Source: Phaeosaccion multiseriatum (Eukaryota > Protista > Ochrophyta, other classes). Taken from it: a stretch of DNA of 64,000 nt. The first letter of the stretch is position 1. The number at the start of each line of letters is the position of its first letter. Positions 37,196 to 56,949 of this stretch are shown here, in pieces. The position numbers were made by a program, and so were the translations under genes. The notes below the pieces were generated by a model. It was not told the DNA's origin. It saw only the letters and a list, made by a program, of their open reading frames with translations, and did no database searches. The stretch spans positions 992,001 through 1,056,000 of the forward strand of contig OZ218950.1 of NCBI GenBank assembly GCA_965112735.1. The letters run 5' to 3'.

Positions 37196-38132
37196 GGGGG
37201 GGGGGGGGGGGGGAGGAGCAGAGAGAGAGAGAGAGAGAGGGGAGGAGGGGGGGCGAGGAACGGGAATGAGAGACAGAGAGGGGAGTAGGAGAGAGAGAGG
37301 TCCATTTGACCAGGGCAGGCAGGTGAAGGTCGGGGCGAAGAGGAAGAGAGGGAAGGGAAGGAGAGCACCCCCCCAAGGGGGTAGGAGGGGGGAGCCGGGG
37401 GGAGCTAGATGACAGCGTAAATCCATTCCCCCGTGCTCGTCTGCCAACTCACCTGCTTGTCCCCGGTGGAAGGAGCCAACGATACATGCCTCATTACCGT
37501 ACACGTCGCTATTGAGGTCAATTTGACGCGCCCGGCAGATTTCCTGGTAGAAGAGAATGGTTAAACAAATGTTTAGGGGACCATGCCAAGAGCGGGGGGG
37601 GTAGGGGTGGGGTGGGGTGGGCCCCCCAGAGGGTGGAGGGAGAAGCCGAGGAGAAGCCACGAGGGAGATGCGAGTTGGTTGACTAACTTCCATCCAGCAC
37701 AGGCAACCGTCTTATTCCGTCTGTCCAGTCCTACCTTGAACTGGTAGCTGGTTTTCACCACCTCCACGCAGTCTGCGCCCCCGTAGGACACGATACTTGC
37801 CGTCGCCGTGGACCTATTCCTCGAGCCGTCTGCGCACAGCACCCGCAGAGTGGCATTCTGTCCCCTGCGAAAGCAACCCCTTCCCCCGAAGCACGAGCTG
37901 ACAAAGACAATTGAGTCCACTCGCGGGTGCACTCGCGACAAGGAGCACTCCACGGCCTCTGCGGTACAGCCCTCGACGAGGCGAACGGCATCACCGAGGT
38001 GTGTGATGGTGCTGTCGGTGGATAGTTGGTTGGCGAAACAGATGGTCTCGAGGTAGTGGCCGCGCTGGTTGAAGAGCACAGCCGAGAGGTCAATGTCAAG
38101 GGTCGAGTATTCGCCTGTGAAAACAGAGAGAC

Positions 38133-38218
<86 letters not shown>

Positions 38219-38742
38219 GGAAAGGGAGAGAGAGGTATATACAGAGAGTGTGTGTGTGAGAGAGAGAGAGAGAGAGAAATGGAAAGGGAGAGAGAGGTAT
38301 ATACAGAGAGTGTGTGAGAGAGGGAGGGAGGAGGAGGGTGGACGACACAACATAATAGCTCATAGTCTTCGCTGCAGAGCGAGCGAAAGTCTGGACCGGG
38401 ATAGGGTGCGGATCGAACGATTTGTAGTAAGAGATAAGCATGTCTTTGCAGCCAAATACGTCGTCCTGCTTTGCGCTTATTACCTGCCAGAGACCAGCTG
38501 ACCTCCACACTGCACCATTTGCACGCGGCCTTGCTCAGCGGCTTCCTCTCGGGCAGACGCCGCTTGCCACCGCCACCGCCGCGCGCGCCAGCTTCAGTTG
38601 CGGGATTCTTCTCACGAGGAGGATGAGCACGAGAAGCCTCGGTTTGTGTAGCAGAAGCAGCAGCAGCGGCATCGGATTTGTTGGCGCCGTTCGAAGAGCC
38701 ACCTCTCTTGCCCGCCCCCCTGCTCCCGCCTTCGTGTCCCAT
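22140..38742 (-). CDS. Large multi-exon protein: N-terminal TerD-like domain, degenerate EF-hand, WD40 repeats, long low-complexity linkers, C-terminal EF-hand pair
   Basis: TerD-like [41 protein letters not shown] (~37735-38115). WD40 exons [16 protein letters not shown] (33411-33656), [50 protein letters not shown] (31155-32610), [12 protein letters not shown] (~27810-27930). EF-hands [14 protein letters not shown] (~23010-23075) and [12 protein letters not shown] (~22620-22803). Not every internal exon was resolved; it could be two genes. Confidence 0.7.
24643..24755. repeat. (GGAA)n microsatellite
   Basis: Direct reading. Confidence 0.95.
25551..25763. repeat. 10-bp minisatellite (GGATGGCAGT)n, intronic
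   Basis: About 20 tandem units; the same decamer is dispersed elsewhere in the window. Confidence 0.95.
33627..33830 (-). repeat. 100-bp tandem duplication spanning a 3' splice site of the WD40 gene
   Basis: catggcacagtagaagctgtcctgtgggtgggggtatatgggcacag occurs at ~33636 and ~33736; a degenerate third copy lies near 33830-33910. Confidence 0.9.
36380..36735. repeat. (GGTA)n/(GGTT)n compound microsatellite, intronic
   Basis: Direct reading. Confidence 0.93.
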
Positions 38743-38959
38743 CTCCGCGGAAGTCAGTGCAGCTGCTGCATCCCCCTCGCCATTTACTTTGCCCTGAGCC
38801 GAGCGAGGTCTTCTCGGACCCGTGCGTTCTTCCGCCTCCTCGCCCCCCTCCTTTCCCGCGACTGATGCTGGCGTTACGGAAATCCGCCGTCGGAGATGGC
38901 CTTTAGGTATAGAGATCGATCTGAATAATCAAGCTATGTAGAGGCTTCTCTGCCGTAAG
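38743..38959. promoter_or_regulatory. Putative compact bidirectional promoter
   Basis: Only 217 bp separate two divergent ATGs (38742 minus, 38960 plus). Positional inference only. Confidence 0.45.
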
Positions 38960-46356
<7,397 letters not shown>

Positions 46357-46704
46357 AGGAAGGAAGGAAGGAAGGAAGGAAGGAAGGAAGGAAGGAAGGA
46401 AGGAAGGAAGGAAGGAAGGAAGGAAGGAAGGAAGGAAGGAAGGAAGGAAGGAAGGAAGGAAGGAAGGAAGGAAGGAAGGAAGGAAGGAAGGAAGGAAGGA
46501 AAGAAGGAAGGAAGGAAGCATATACGTCGGAATGTCGAACCCTTTTGCTTTCGTGCAGCGTGGGCGCACCCCAAAATTAACGACTCCATCTATTTCCATA
46601 CATACATACGACTAGTAATACCATAGTGGAACGAAAGAAGCAATCAAAATTATAAATGCTTGTAGGGTTGAGGAGTAAGCTGCCATTGTATTAACACAAA
46701 GGGC

Positions 46705-49700
46705 TCAACGTCTACCCCCTGGGCCCCTCCCACCGCCTCTACCCCCCCGGCCCCTCCCTCCGCCGCCGCCCCCCCCCCCCCCACTGCTACCGCCCCCGCT
46801 GCCACCCCCTCCCCCCCCTCCGTGCGCTCCTCCTCCTCCTTGTTGTGGCGCGGAGTCTCCCCCACTGCCCATCCCTGACCCGTCCCTGCTCAGACAACGA
46901 CAGGACAACGACAGGACAACGACAGGACAACGACAGGACAACGACAGGACAACGACAAGATAGAAAGGGCAGGGAGAAGGGAAGGGAAGGGAAGGGAAGG
47001 GAAGGGAAGGGAAGGGAAGGGAAGGCAAGGGAAGGCAAGGGAAGGGAAGGCAAGGGAAGGGAAGGGACGGCAACGAGAGGCGAAGGCCAAAGAGGGGAGG
47101 GATGGTAGCACGGTAGCAACACGTAAGAGTAGTGAATTAGAGTTACTAGATAGTGGGGTTGGGGGGGGTGGGCAAGGGGAAGTAAAGTAAACTTGTTATC
47201 ATGTCAGCGGGAAACAAGGCGCGAGCGGCAGCAGAGGCACAGACACGCACAAAAGCACCCACATACATCACACACACGCACCCACATACCACACAGCAGA
47301 GGCACAGACACGCACACACGCACCCACATACATCACACACACGCACCCACATACCACACAAAACGCACTTGTCCCTCCTCTGCTTCGGCATCACCACCGT
47401 CCCCCTAGCAATGAGCCGAAAAACCAACCAACCAACCAACCAACCAACCAACCAACCAACCAACCAACCAACCAGCCAACCAACCAACCAACCAACCAAC
47501 CAACCAACCAACCATCCAATCAACCAACTCATGGCTCGACCAATGAATCAGTCAGTCAGTCAGTCACCCTTTTTCTCCTCTCGTGCTTTTGCTTCTTTCT
47601 ATTGGAGCAATCTCTTGTCGCTCGCTCGAGGCACCGACTGCATTGACTGCCATCTCTCAATCCGTCTTCTGCTCGACATGCATTGACTGCCATCTCTCAA
47701 TCCGTCTTCTGCTCGACATGCATTGACTTGATGGGGCCAGGCCGGATGGCTCGACGGCACTCACTCACTCACTCACTCACTCACTCACCCAGCCACTCAC
47801 TCACTCACTCACTCACTCACTCAGCCACTCATTTACTCACTCACTCACTCACTCACTCACTCACTCACCCACCCACTCCATCACTCCCTCCCTCTCTCCC
47901 TCATTCACTCCCTCACTCACTTACTCATTCACTCACCCACCCACTCACTCACTCACTCACTCACTCACTCACTCAGCCACTCAGCCACTCACTCACTCAC
48001 TCACTCACACACTCACTCACTCACTCACTCACTCACTCACTCACTCATTCACTCACTCACTCACTCACTTACTCACTCACTCACTCGCCCACTCACTCAC
48101 TCAACTCACTCTCGCTCACGCGCTCCCTCACTCACACCCCCCCCCACTCACTCACTCACTCACTCACTCCCTCACAACCCCCCTCTCTCACTCACCCTTC
48201 GATAGGCCCGCTCCCCCCGGGGGCTCCGCCATGCTGCCCCTGCCCTCCCTGTCCCTGCCCCGGTCCTTGCTGAGGCATGCCTGTGCCTGTGCCAGGCCGA
48301 TAGGCCCCACCCCCGTACCCCGCGGGCCCACCCAAGTGCGGTGGGGGCATCTGCTGCTGCGGCTGCTGCTGCTGCTGTTGTTGTTGTTGCTGTTGTTGTT
48401 GCTGTTGCTGTTGCGGTTGTTGTTGCTGTTGAGGGTATCCTCCGTTACCCACGCCCACAAACCCTCCGGCGCCCCCTGTCCCTGGTTGCTGCTGTTGAGG
48501 CATCATGTGAGTAGGCACCATTCCAAGAGGGCCTCCTCGCTGCATACCCGGTTGCTGCCCCGCGGCCCCGGGGGACACCATCTGCTGGGGAGGTCCCCCC
48601 CCTGGGCCCCCCTGCACGCCTCCCGCGCCCCCCCCCGCCTGCTGCTGATGGTTCATGTACCCCATCTGCGGTACCCCTCCCTGCGCCTGCCCCTGTTGGC
48701 CACCCATCTGCGCCCCCATTCCCATCTGCCCGCCCCCCATTACTCCCTGCGGCGGCATGCCACCACCCCGCGCGTACACTGCCATCTGCGCAGGGGTGAG
48801 AGGAGGGTACATTTGCAGCCCCCCAGGGCCCCTACCCCCCGCTGCTCCTGCCATGGGCCCCCCTGGGGGCATGTGCTGCATCGCTCCTCCTCCTCCCCCT
48901 GCTCCTCCTCCTGCCCCCCCTCCTGGTATGTGCATGACCCCTGGAGGCACCCCCCCCACCCCCATAGGAGGAAGCGGGTAGCCCATTGCCCCCTGCTGCT
49001 GCTGCTGCTGATGATGGTGCTGCTGCTGGTGGTGTTGTGGGTGTCCCTGAGGGTGGTGGTGCTGTTGGGGGTGGTGTGGATGCTGCAGCTGCTGCTGCTG
49101 ATGTGGATGAAGATGGTGGTGGTGCTGCTGCTGTGGCACCATGCCTCCCATGGCCATATTGCCGCTACCTCCACCCTCCTCTCCTCCTCCTCCTCCTGTT
49201 GCTGCTGATGTGTCACCCATGCTGAAGGAAGGCTTAAACTCCTTAGCGCTAACGTTAAATGTGAAAGACTTGGCATTCGGGTTGAGAGAGCTCTTGGACT
49301 TGCCAGCTGCTGCTCCTGCTGCTTTGGTCGCCCCTGTGCCTGCTGCGGCCTTGCCGCCGGTCTTGCTGCCACCTGCTCCTCCTCCTTCCGCTGCCGTCGT
49401 CTCTGCGCCTGCTCCACCATCCACTGCCTTCTTCTTATCCTTGCCAACCCCGGCGGCGGCCGATGCACCCTCCACCGCCCCTGCAGATGCGCCCCCCTTT
49501 CCTTTCCTGCCCTTGCCTACTTCAGCGGCAGCGCCACCAGCGGCAGCAGCAGTCGCAGCAGTTGGTGATACAGCAGCAGGACCACCAGCGACCGGAGGCA
49601 CGGGCGAAACGCTCCCGTCTGCTGCCCCACGCGGAGTAGCCGTGCCGGACCCTCCCCCTCCTCCCTTGCCGCCGCCGCCGCCGCTGCCGCTGCCGAGCCC

Positions 49701-49757
49701 GAGCACACCTTGGAGCTGCTGCTCTGCCGCTTGTCTGTTCAGTTCACGCATCATCAC

Positions 49758-49795
<38 letters not shown>

Positions 49796-50306
49796 CCATG
49801 ATCGTCGTCGTCGTTGTCGTCGTCAGAAAGCACGACACGGCACGGCACGGCACGAGAAGAAGAAGGGGGTGAGGCAAGGGGGTGAGAGGCGCCGGCCCAT
49901 CCCATCCACACAAAGCAAAGAAAGCAGCACACGTACAAAACACACAAGCATAAACAAAAGAGAAGAGAACCTTATCAGTACTTCAGCCTCTCTGGCTGAT
50001 GGATCGAAGGAGATGGGAGCTCGGAAGCAAAAACACGCCTTCGCCCTGGCTCTACATACCACCCAACTGCCAAAGCCCGTGAGCAAACATGAAGGAGAGG
50101 GGGGGCTCTTCTCAGATCTTCTCCCAACGGCAGCAACGCACTCAAACTCAAACTGGAACACACAACTCAAACTCAAACCCACCTGCTCCTGACGGCGGGT
50201 GGCTTGTAAGCGCTCTCTCCTCCTACTCTGAACTTGTCTCCCGCAGGACCCGCTGCTGACCCCGCCCCAGGTGGGGTGGGGGACGACCTGTTACTGTTAC
50301 TGTTAC

Positions 50307-50343
<37 letters not shown>

Positions 50344-51893
50344 GCCGTGGCTGCCAGAGCCGCGACCTCCTCCTCCTCCTCCTCCTCCTTCTCCTCCCAT
50401 CATGCCGCCATTGCTGCCACCATTGGCCATGCCCATCATTCCACCGCCCTTCACCATGTTGCCGGTGCCCACCACCCCGCTGTACATCTCCTCTTCGCCC
50501 ATCAGGCGGTCTTTGTCTGTCATTTGGTTCCTCTCCTCACGCATGTGGATGTTGTTGGAGGAGGGGCCGCCCTCAATCTCCCTCGCCAGTCGCGCAGCTT
50601 CTCGCTCCATAGCAGGGCTCACCTGTTGGCAGGGGGCGAGTTTGAGTATTAGTTTGGGGTTGTTTTTCACTCTTCGTAGAGCTTCTTCGGAGTGCTACAT
50701 GTCGATGGGGTAGTCGAGGACCCATACATACATACATACATACATACATACATACATACAAGGGTTTCGATGGAACGATGGGAGAGGGTACCGAATACTC
50801 CCCAAAGGTGAGACAGAGCTGCAGTCTGACGAAGTCGAAGGAGGAGAGAGAAAACCCAAGTCGCTTGATCTATCAACAGAAGCTGGTATAACAGCAAACC
50901 TAAACTCAAATCGACCATAACCCTCCTTGCCCCTACCCCACTCACCTTGCTTCTGTCGAGCTTTGTGGTATACATGTCCTCGTCGAAGGTGGACTTGACT
51001 CCAAAGAGCTTCTCGTTCGCCTTGAACTGGTCCCACTTACCGATGTTGTCCCCCAGCCCCCCCGAGTTGGGGTCTCTCTCCCCCTGCCCACCGTGCCCCC
51101 CCCGCCCTCGGGGGCCTGCTCCCTTGGCCGTGGCAGGTCCTCCTCCTCCTCCCCCGCCCGCCGCCGTGACCCAAGACTTGTCGACGCTGTGGAGCTCTCG
51201 CTCCTTGCCGAGTACGGCGTTTCCACTTATGTCGGTGTCTGTGGCGAAGCCCACGGGCCGCCTCTTGTCGCTGATGGGGAAGTGCGCGGCGTTGAGGCTC
51301 ACAATGTCGACGCCATCGATGAATACCGTGGCCCCATCCTCCCCTGGGCTGGGGGCTTTATCTTCATCTTTCCCTTCGCCATTGTTCTTCTTGTTCTTCT
51401 TGCCAGCCGCCCCCGCTGCTGCTGCTGCTGCCCCCTCTCCCCCCCCCTCCTTCTCATTGCCGTTCTTTACTGCCGTGACATGGGGCCCGGACATGGTCTT
51501 CAGCACCACCTGCCACTTGCCCTCTCGGAACGGCGTGCAGGTGTGGAAAACGCCCAGCAGCACTGCACCGTCCTTCAGGGATATCTCCACCCTCTCCCCC
51601 ACCAGAACCTTCACCACCGTCAGAAAACGGTCACGGCAGGCGCTGTGGTAGGCCTCGCCTGTCAGCCCTCCCACAGCCTTGGGTGCGGCTCTCTGCGAGG
51701 CCGGCATCGCCACAGCGGTAGCCCAGCTCTGGCTCACTTCCCTGGGCTTTTGAGCTGGCGCCTTCTGCTGCTGCTGCTGCTGCTGCTGCTGGGGTTGCTG
51801 TTGGGGGGCTTGCTGTTGCCTCTGCCCAGCCTGCTGTCCCTGCTTCTGCCTCGCATGCTGCCCTCGCGGCGGCTGCTGCTTCAAGCCGTTCAT
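46705..51893 (-). CDS. ATXN2: Ataxin-2 / PBP1 family RNA-binding protein (LSm + LsmAD + PAM2, Q/G/P-rich tail)
   Basis: Exons 51893-50946, 50622-50183, 49734-48196, 46885-46705 (phase-compatible, TGA). LSm: [21 protein letters not shown]; [13 protein letters not shown]. LsmAD: [56 protein letters not shown]. Tandem PAM2: [20 protein letters not shown]. Confidence 0.93.
47757..48195. repeat. (ACTC)n = (GAGT)n on minus strand, starting at an ataxin-2 intron donor
   Basis: Direct reading. Confidence 0.95.
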
Positions 51894-52990
51894 CGCTTTG
51901 CTTTGCTTGCTACCGAACACCGCTCACCTCGTTAACGAGGAGAGAGGGGCTGGATCCTCTTAGGCTTGAAGAGGATGGAAAAGAGCAAGACAAGGGGCGC
52001 AGCGCCTGCCTTGTCTAGAAACACAATCCCTGTCTTATCCTCTTTTTCCTGTCCTCTAACTCTCTTTTCCTCTGCTTTTTGTTTGTCACCTCTCGGTTGC
52101 TCGGATTCACGATAAAACAAAGCCGCCTCCCCCGGGGTGCGGTGACTTTTAACAAGCTGCGCAATTGACAGACAGTTACATTTTGGGGGGGGGGCGGAGG
52201 AGCGAGGAAACAGCAGAAGCGTCTCACATAACGATGATGTGCTGCCCCAGTCGCCTAGTTAGCTTGATCCTCTTCGCCTTCGGTAGGGCGTAGTGGGGGT
52301 GAGGCCTGGGTGGCATTCGCGAGGCAGCAGTGATTTGATCTTTGGAGAGAAAAATATAGTTAGTCGCAGCTCTCCTTGTGAAAAAGGAGGATGAGACGCT
52401 GTGGAGGAAACGCAACGCTGGTGAGTGCCAATAGACGCTGTCCTGGCGTTCTTTCAATAGACTCTAGTGTGGGAGGGAGGGACGACGAGCCCTGCAAGAG
52501 TACGAGCCCCACACTATTTCACCAGCAGTCATGTCTCCTGAGGAGAGAGGGTGGTTTCCTGAGGGGAGGAAATTGGCCATCTGCGGCTGATGGCAGTACG
52601 AGAAGCCTTTTAGCCCCATTTAAAAGCATGCAAACTATCCTTCAGGCGTGTATGCTCTCGTGAAGCTACAGCCTGTCCGACGTTTGTTGTGAGACAAGAG
52701 GAATCGAGGCGACACGTTCACAACACTAACCTGTGGCCTCATCTCTCCCCCCCCCCCTCCCTCGTCACCCGGCCCCTTGTGTCAAGCAGACACTGAGAGC
52801 TTTCATGGATCTCTTCGATGAGCCTTCACTCAAGTGGCGTACGTAGCGGGCAAGTTCCGTTGGCATACAAAGGCGGCAACGGCAGCAGGTGCTGCTGCTA
52901 GCCGCCTGTACGCGAGGGTTGCGAATCCCTAATCGACCCATCGCAGCATTGCAGGCATTCATTGCCCAATCCACAATTTGTCGGCTCTAG

Positions 52991-55900
52991 ATGCCGCAGG
53001 CAGGGGCCGGGGTAGGGGGCGCGAGCACAGTCGGGGCGAGCAGCATCAGCGGTAGTAACGGTGTCAGCAAGCGCACGACAGATATGGTCGGCATGTCGGC
53101 ATCATCGGCAGCAGCTTCAGAGAAGGAGGGAGAAGCTCCGCTAAACCTGCACCCCGTCGGCTTCGTGGAGTGTTTGCCGCAGGCCAAGCCCAACGGCCCT
53201 CCTGATGGCAAGCTCGTGCCGAGGTCCATGTGGCTCTTCCCCAGAGGCTCCATCACCAGAGAGATTTGCATACGCATTACACGGAGCCGCTGGTTCGACT
53301 TTGTGGTGCTATTTTTCATCCTGGCCAATTCGATATTCCTTGCCATCATCGACTACTCCGTCGTGGATGATAACTACGAGCCCGTGCACAGTCACAATGG
53401 GCAATGGAGCAACGCCAACTACGCGGTCGAGGTCACAGAGCCCATGTTCAGCGCTGTCTTCATGGTGGAGTGCGTCATCAAAATCGTCTCCTTTGGGTTT
53501 ACATTGTATATTAAGGTGCGTTGCGCGTCGTGGTGGTGTGGTGTGGTGTGGTGTGGTGTGGTAGTGTGGTGGTGTGGTGTGGTGGTGTGGTGGTGTGGTG
53601 GTGGGGTGGTGGTGGGGTGTGGTGGTGTGGGCGGGCGCTGCATGGGAAGTGCGCGCTAGTGCCTGCTGTATAGTAGTTGGCCCAGTTCAGCTTAGGAAGG
53701 AAGGAAGGAAGGAAGGAAGGAAGGAAGGAAGGAAGGAAGGAAGGGGTGGGGATGGTGGGCTGTATCTGTCTACCCCCTTGGCCTTGCTATGCCCTACACC
53801 ACGAAAGCGTTCATCTTACTCCCTCTCACCCCATCCTTGCTCCTTCCTCTTTCATCCTTCTTCTTTCCTCTTTCCTCTTCACCCTCCGTCCCCCCCCTCC
53901 ACCCCAAACACACACCCCTCCACCCCTCGCTTCGGTCTGCCCATCTGCCAACCAATCATCCATCGATCAATCGATCAATCGATCAATCGATCAATCGATC
54001 GGCCCCCTAGGACGGATGGAACAAGCTGGATTTCGTTGTCGTGGTGGCAGGAGGGCTAGAGTACCTCCCATTCATGCCCAAACTAAGCATGCTGAGAACG
54101 TTTCGGATCCTTCGGCCGTTACGCAGCCTGAGCAAGTTCCCGGGCCTCAAGAGAGTCATCTCGGCCCTGCTCAACTCGCTGCCCGGGTTGTTTGATGTGG
54201 TGCTGCTGCTGTGCTTCATGTTGGCGGTGTTTGGCATCATGGGAGTGCAGTTCTTCAGCGGACTGTTGCACTCAAGGTGTAGGTGAGTTCGAGGAGAGGA
54301 GGGGAGGGGAAGGGAGGGGAGGGGTGGGGAGAGGAGGGGGCGAGGGACGGAGAGAGTGGAGGGGAGGGGAGGGGAGGGAGAGAGGAAGGGAGGCCGGGGG
54401 GGGGGGGGCGAGGGACGGAGAGAGGGGAGGGGGCGGAGAGGAGAGGAGAGGAGGGGACGGGGGGGGGAGGGTGGAGGTGGAAGGGGAAGACGGGGGGGGG
54501 CGGGGATGGATGGAGGCAGTTTCAGTCTGTGTGGTCTTTCAGCCAACGTTGCCCACACAAGCAACCAACCTGCTCACCCCTTTCCCTCGCTCCTCTCTCG
54601 CTTGTTGCTCTGCTCCGTGCCTGTCTATCCTCCATCTCTCCTCCATCCATCCTCTACGTACCCACGCGCCAGAGTGACGCCCTACCCGGTCCAGCTCGGT
54701 TGGTGTAGAGACACACAGGCCGCTTGCTGGGAGACGTACGTCGCCAATGTGACGGCAGACCCCCTCAGTTGGGTGTGTCTCACGGACGAGAACGGAGACC
54801 CCGCCGAGACCGACAATTACAAGTACGTGTGTTGGTGATACGGACGGCACATAAAGCTCTTTCCCGCCCTGGCCCGCGGGGTTGCATGTCGGCTTGCCTT
54901 ACCTGCTTGCTCTTGCGTGCTCGGTTGGTTGGGTGGTTCGTAGGTTGCTTCCTTGCTTCCTTGCTTCCTTGCTTCCTTGCTTCCTTGCTTCCTTGCTTCC
55001 TTGCTTCCTTGCTTGCTTGCTTGCTTGCATGCTTGTTGCTGTGATTGTTGCTTGCTTGTCGCTTGTTTGCTTGCTGGCTTGCTGGCTCGTGGGCGGGTTT
55101 GCCTGAGCTGTCCTTGCTTCTCATTGTTGACGTGAGGCTCGCTAGTTCTTGGCTGGTGGGTCGGTGTGGGAGGGAGGAACCCGAGCCGAGGAGGAGGAGG
55201 AGGAGGAGGAGGAGGAGGAGGAGGAGGAGGAGGAGGAGGAGGAGGAGGAGGAGGAGGAGGAGGAGGAGGAGACTATGAGCCACCTTTCGAAGAGCGGCTC
55301 CACCACCACCTTCGCTCTTCTAAGAAGGGTACATGGCAATGGAAGGGGCAGGCGAGGGATGGCAGTGGAAGGGGCAGGCGAGGGATGGCAGTGGAAGGTA
55401 GAACCCAGCGCACCAAGGCGTGCAGGGAGAAACTCGCGAGAGCGCTTACCGAGGCCATCGATATCGATGGCAGGGGATGGCAGTGGACGGCAGCCGATGG
55501 CAGGGGATGGCAGAGGGTGGAGTCGACTTCGCATCACTCAATGACCAAGGACTCGACATGCCATCGCTCTTAGATGTGAAACTGATGAAACTGATGAAAC
55601 CGTTCTGCAGCCACCTCTAACACCATACCCACCCGCCCACCCTCTCTCCTACCCTCCCTCCCTCCTTCCCTTCCCCCTCGCATCACCAGCTGGGACCGCA
55701 GGAGTGACTCTCCTTGGAGCTCTGCCCAGCATGACTGCGTGTGGCCTGTGGATGACGAGGACGATCGCATTTGCAGTCCCTACCCGGGGGGCTTTTACAC
55801 CTGCCCGGACTACAAAAACGTGACGTGTGGGAGCGACTATGACTGGCTCGGAAACCCAAGATTCGACACCAGGTATGGTGCACCAAGGCCTCCCATGTGT

Positions 55901-56911
55901 CTTCCGTAGGCCTTCCATAGGCCTCCCATATATCTTCCGTAGGCCTTCCACACACAACCTCACACCCACGTTACCCTCTTGTGCAAGAGGAGGGGTGAGC
56001 AGGAGGTAGAGGACGGTTTCGCACTTGAATGGGCAGTGTGGGAGGCTCCCCTCCCTCAGTAGGGTCCCGAGGAGAGAGGCGAGAGTGATTTGGTGGGGCC
56101 TATCTTGCATTGCTCCACCCCTCCCAAAGCCTCAACACCTTCATTCCCCTCCCTCGCCTCCTCCTCCTCTTCCTCCTCCTCCTCCTCCTCCTCCACCACC
56201 ACCTCCTCCTCCTCCTCCTCCTCCTCCTCCTCCTTCTCCACCCTCCTCCTCCTCCTCCCCCTCCTCCTCCTCCTCCTCCTCCTCCTCCTCCTCCTCCTCC
56301 TTCTCCTCCTTCTCCTCCTCCTCCTCCTCCTCCTCCTCCTCCTCCCCCTCCTCCTCCTCCTCCTCCTTCTCCTCCTCCCCCTCGTCGTCGTCGTCCTCCT
56401 CCTCCCCCTCCTCCTCCTCCTCCCCCCCTTGTCTCCAACCCCTCCTTCTCCTCCTTCTCCTCCGGCCACTGCCATCCCTCCTCAGTACCGTACCCTACGG
56501 TTTCAACCGCATGCGGAGCGGCACGTACTATGAAGAGTTCAACTGGGGCTTCACTGTCTTTGATAACTTTGGGGCGTCGATACTCACCGTCTTCCAGGTG
56601 AGGTGTACGACAGATGGTATCGACGTCATCGATATTGAGAATCGATGTGTTCGATATTGACTGCACTGGGCTGGCTGGTCCTCCCCCCCTTTTGCCACGG
56701 CACCAACTACTCGTACACACACAAAGCAAACGAAGCGTCGAAGCGAACCTCATCCAACAAACAAACCAGCCAACAAACAAACAAACAAACAAACAAACAA
56801 ACAAACACACAACCCAACAACAAACAAAAACTACGAAACTCCCAGACTCTACTTGTATTTTTGTTCAAATCATCATCATATCCTCTCTGTGCCCCCCCCC
56901 CCCCCCCTCCC

Positions 56912-56949
<38 letters not shown>

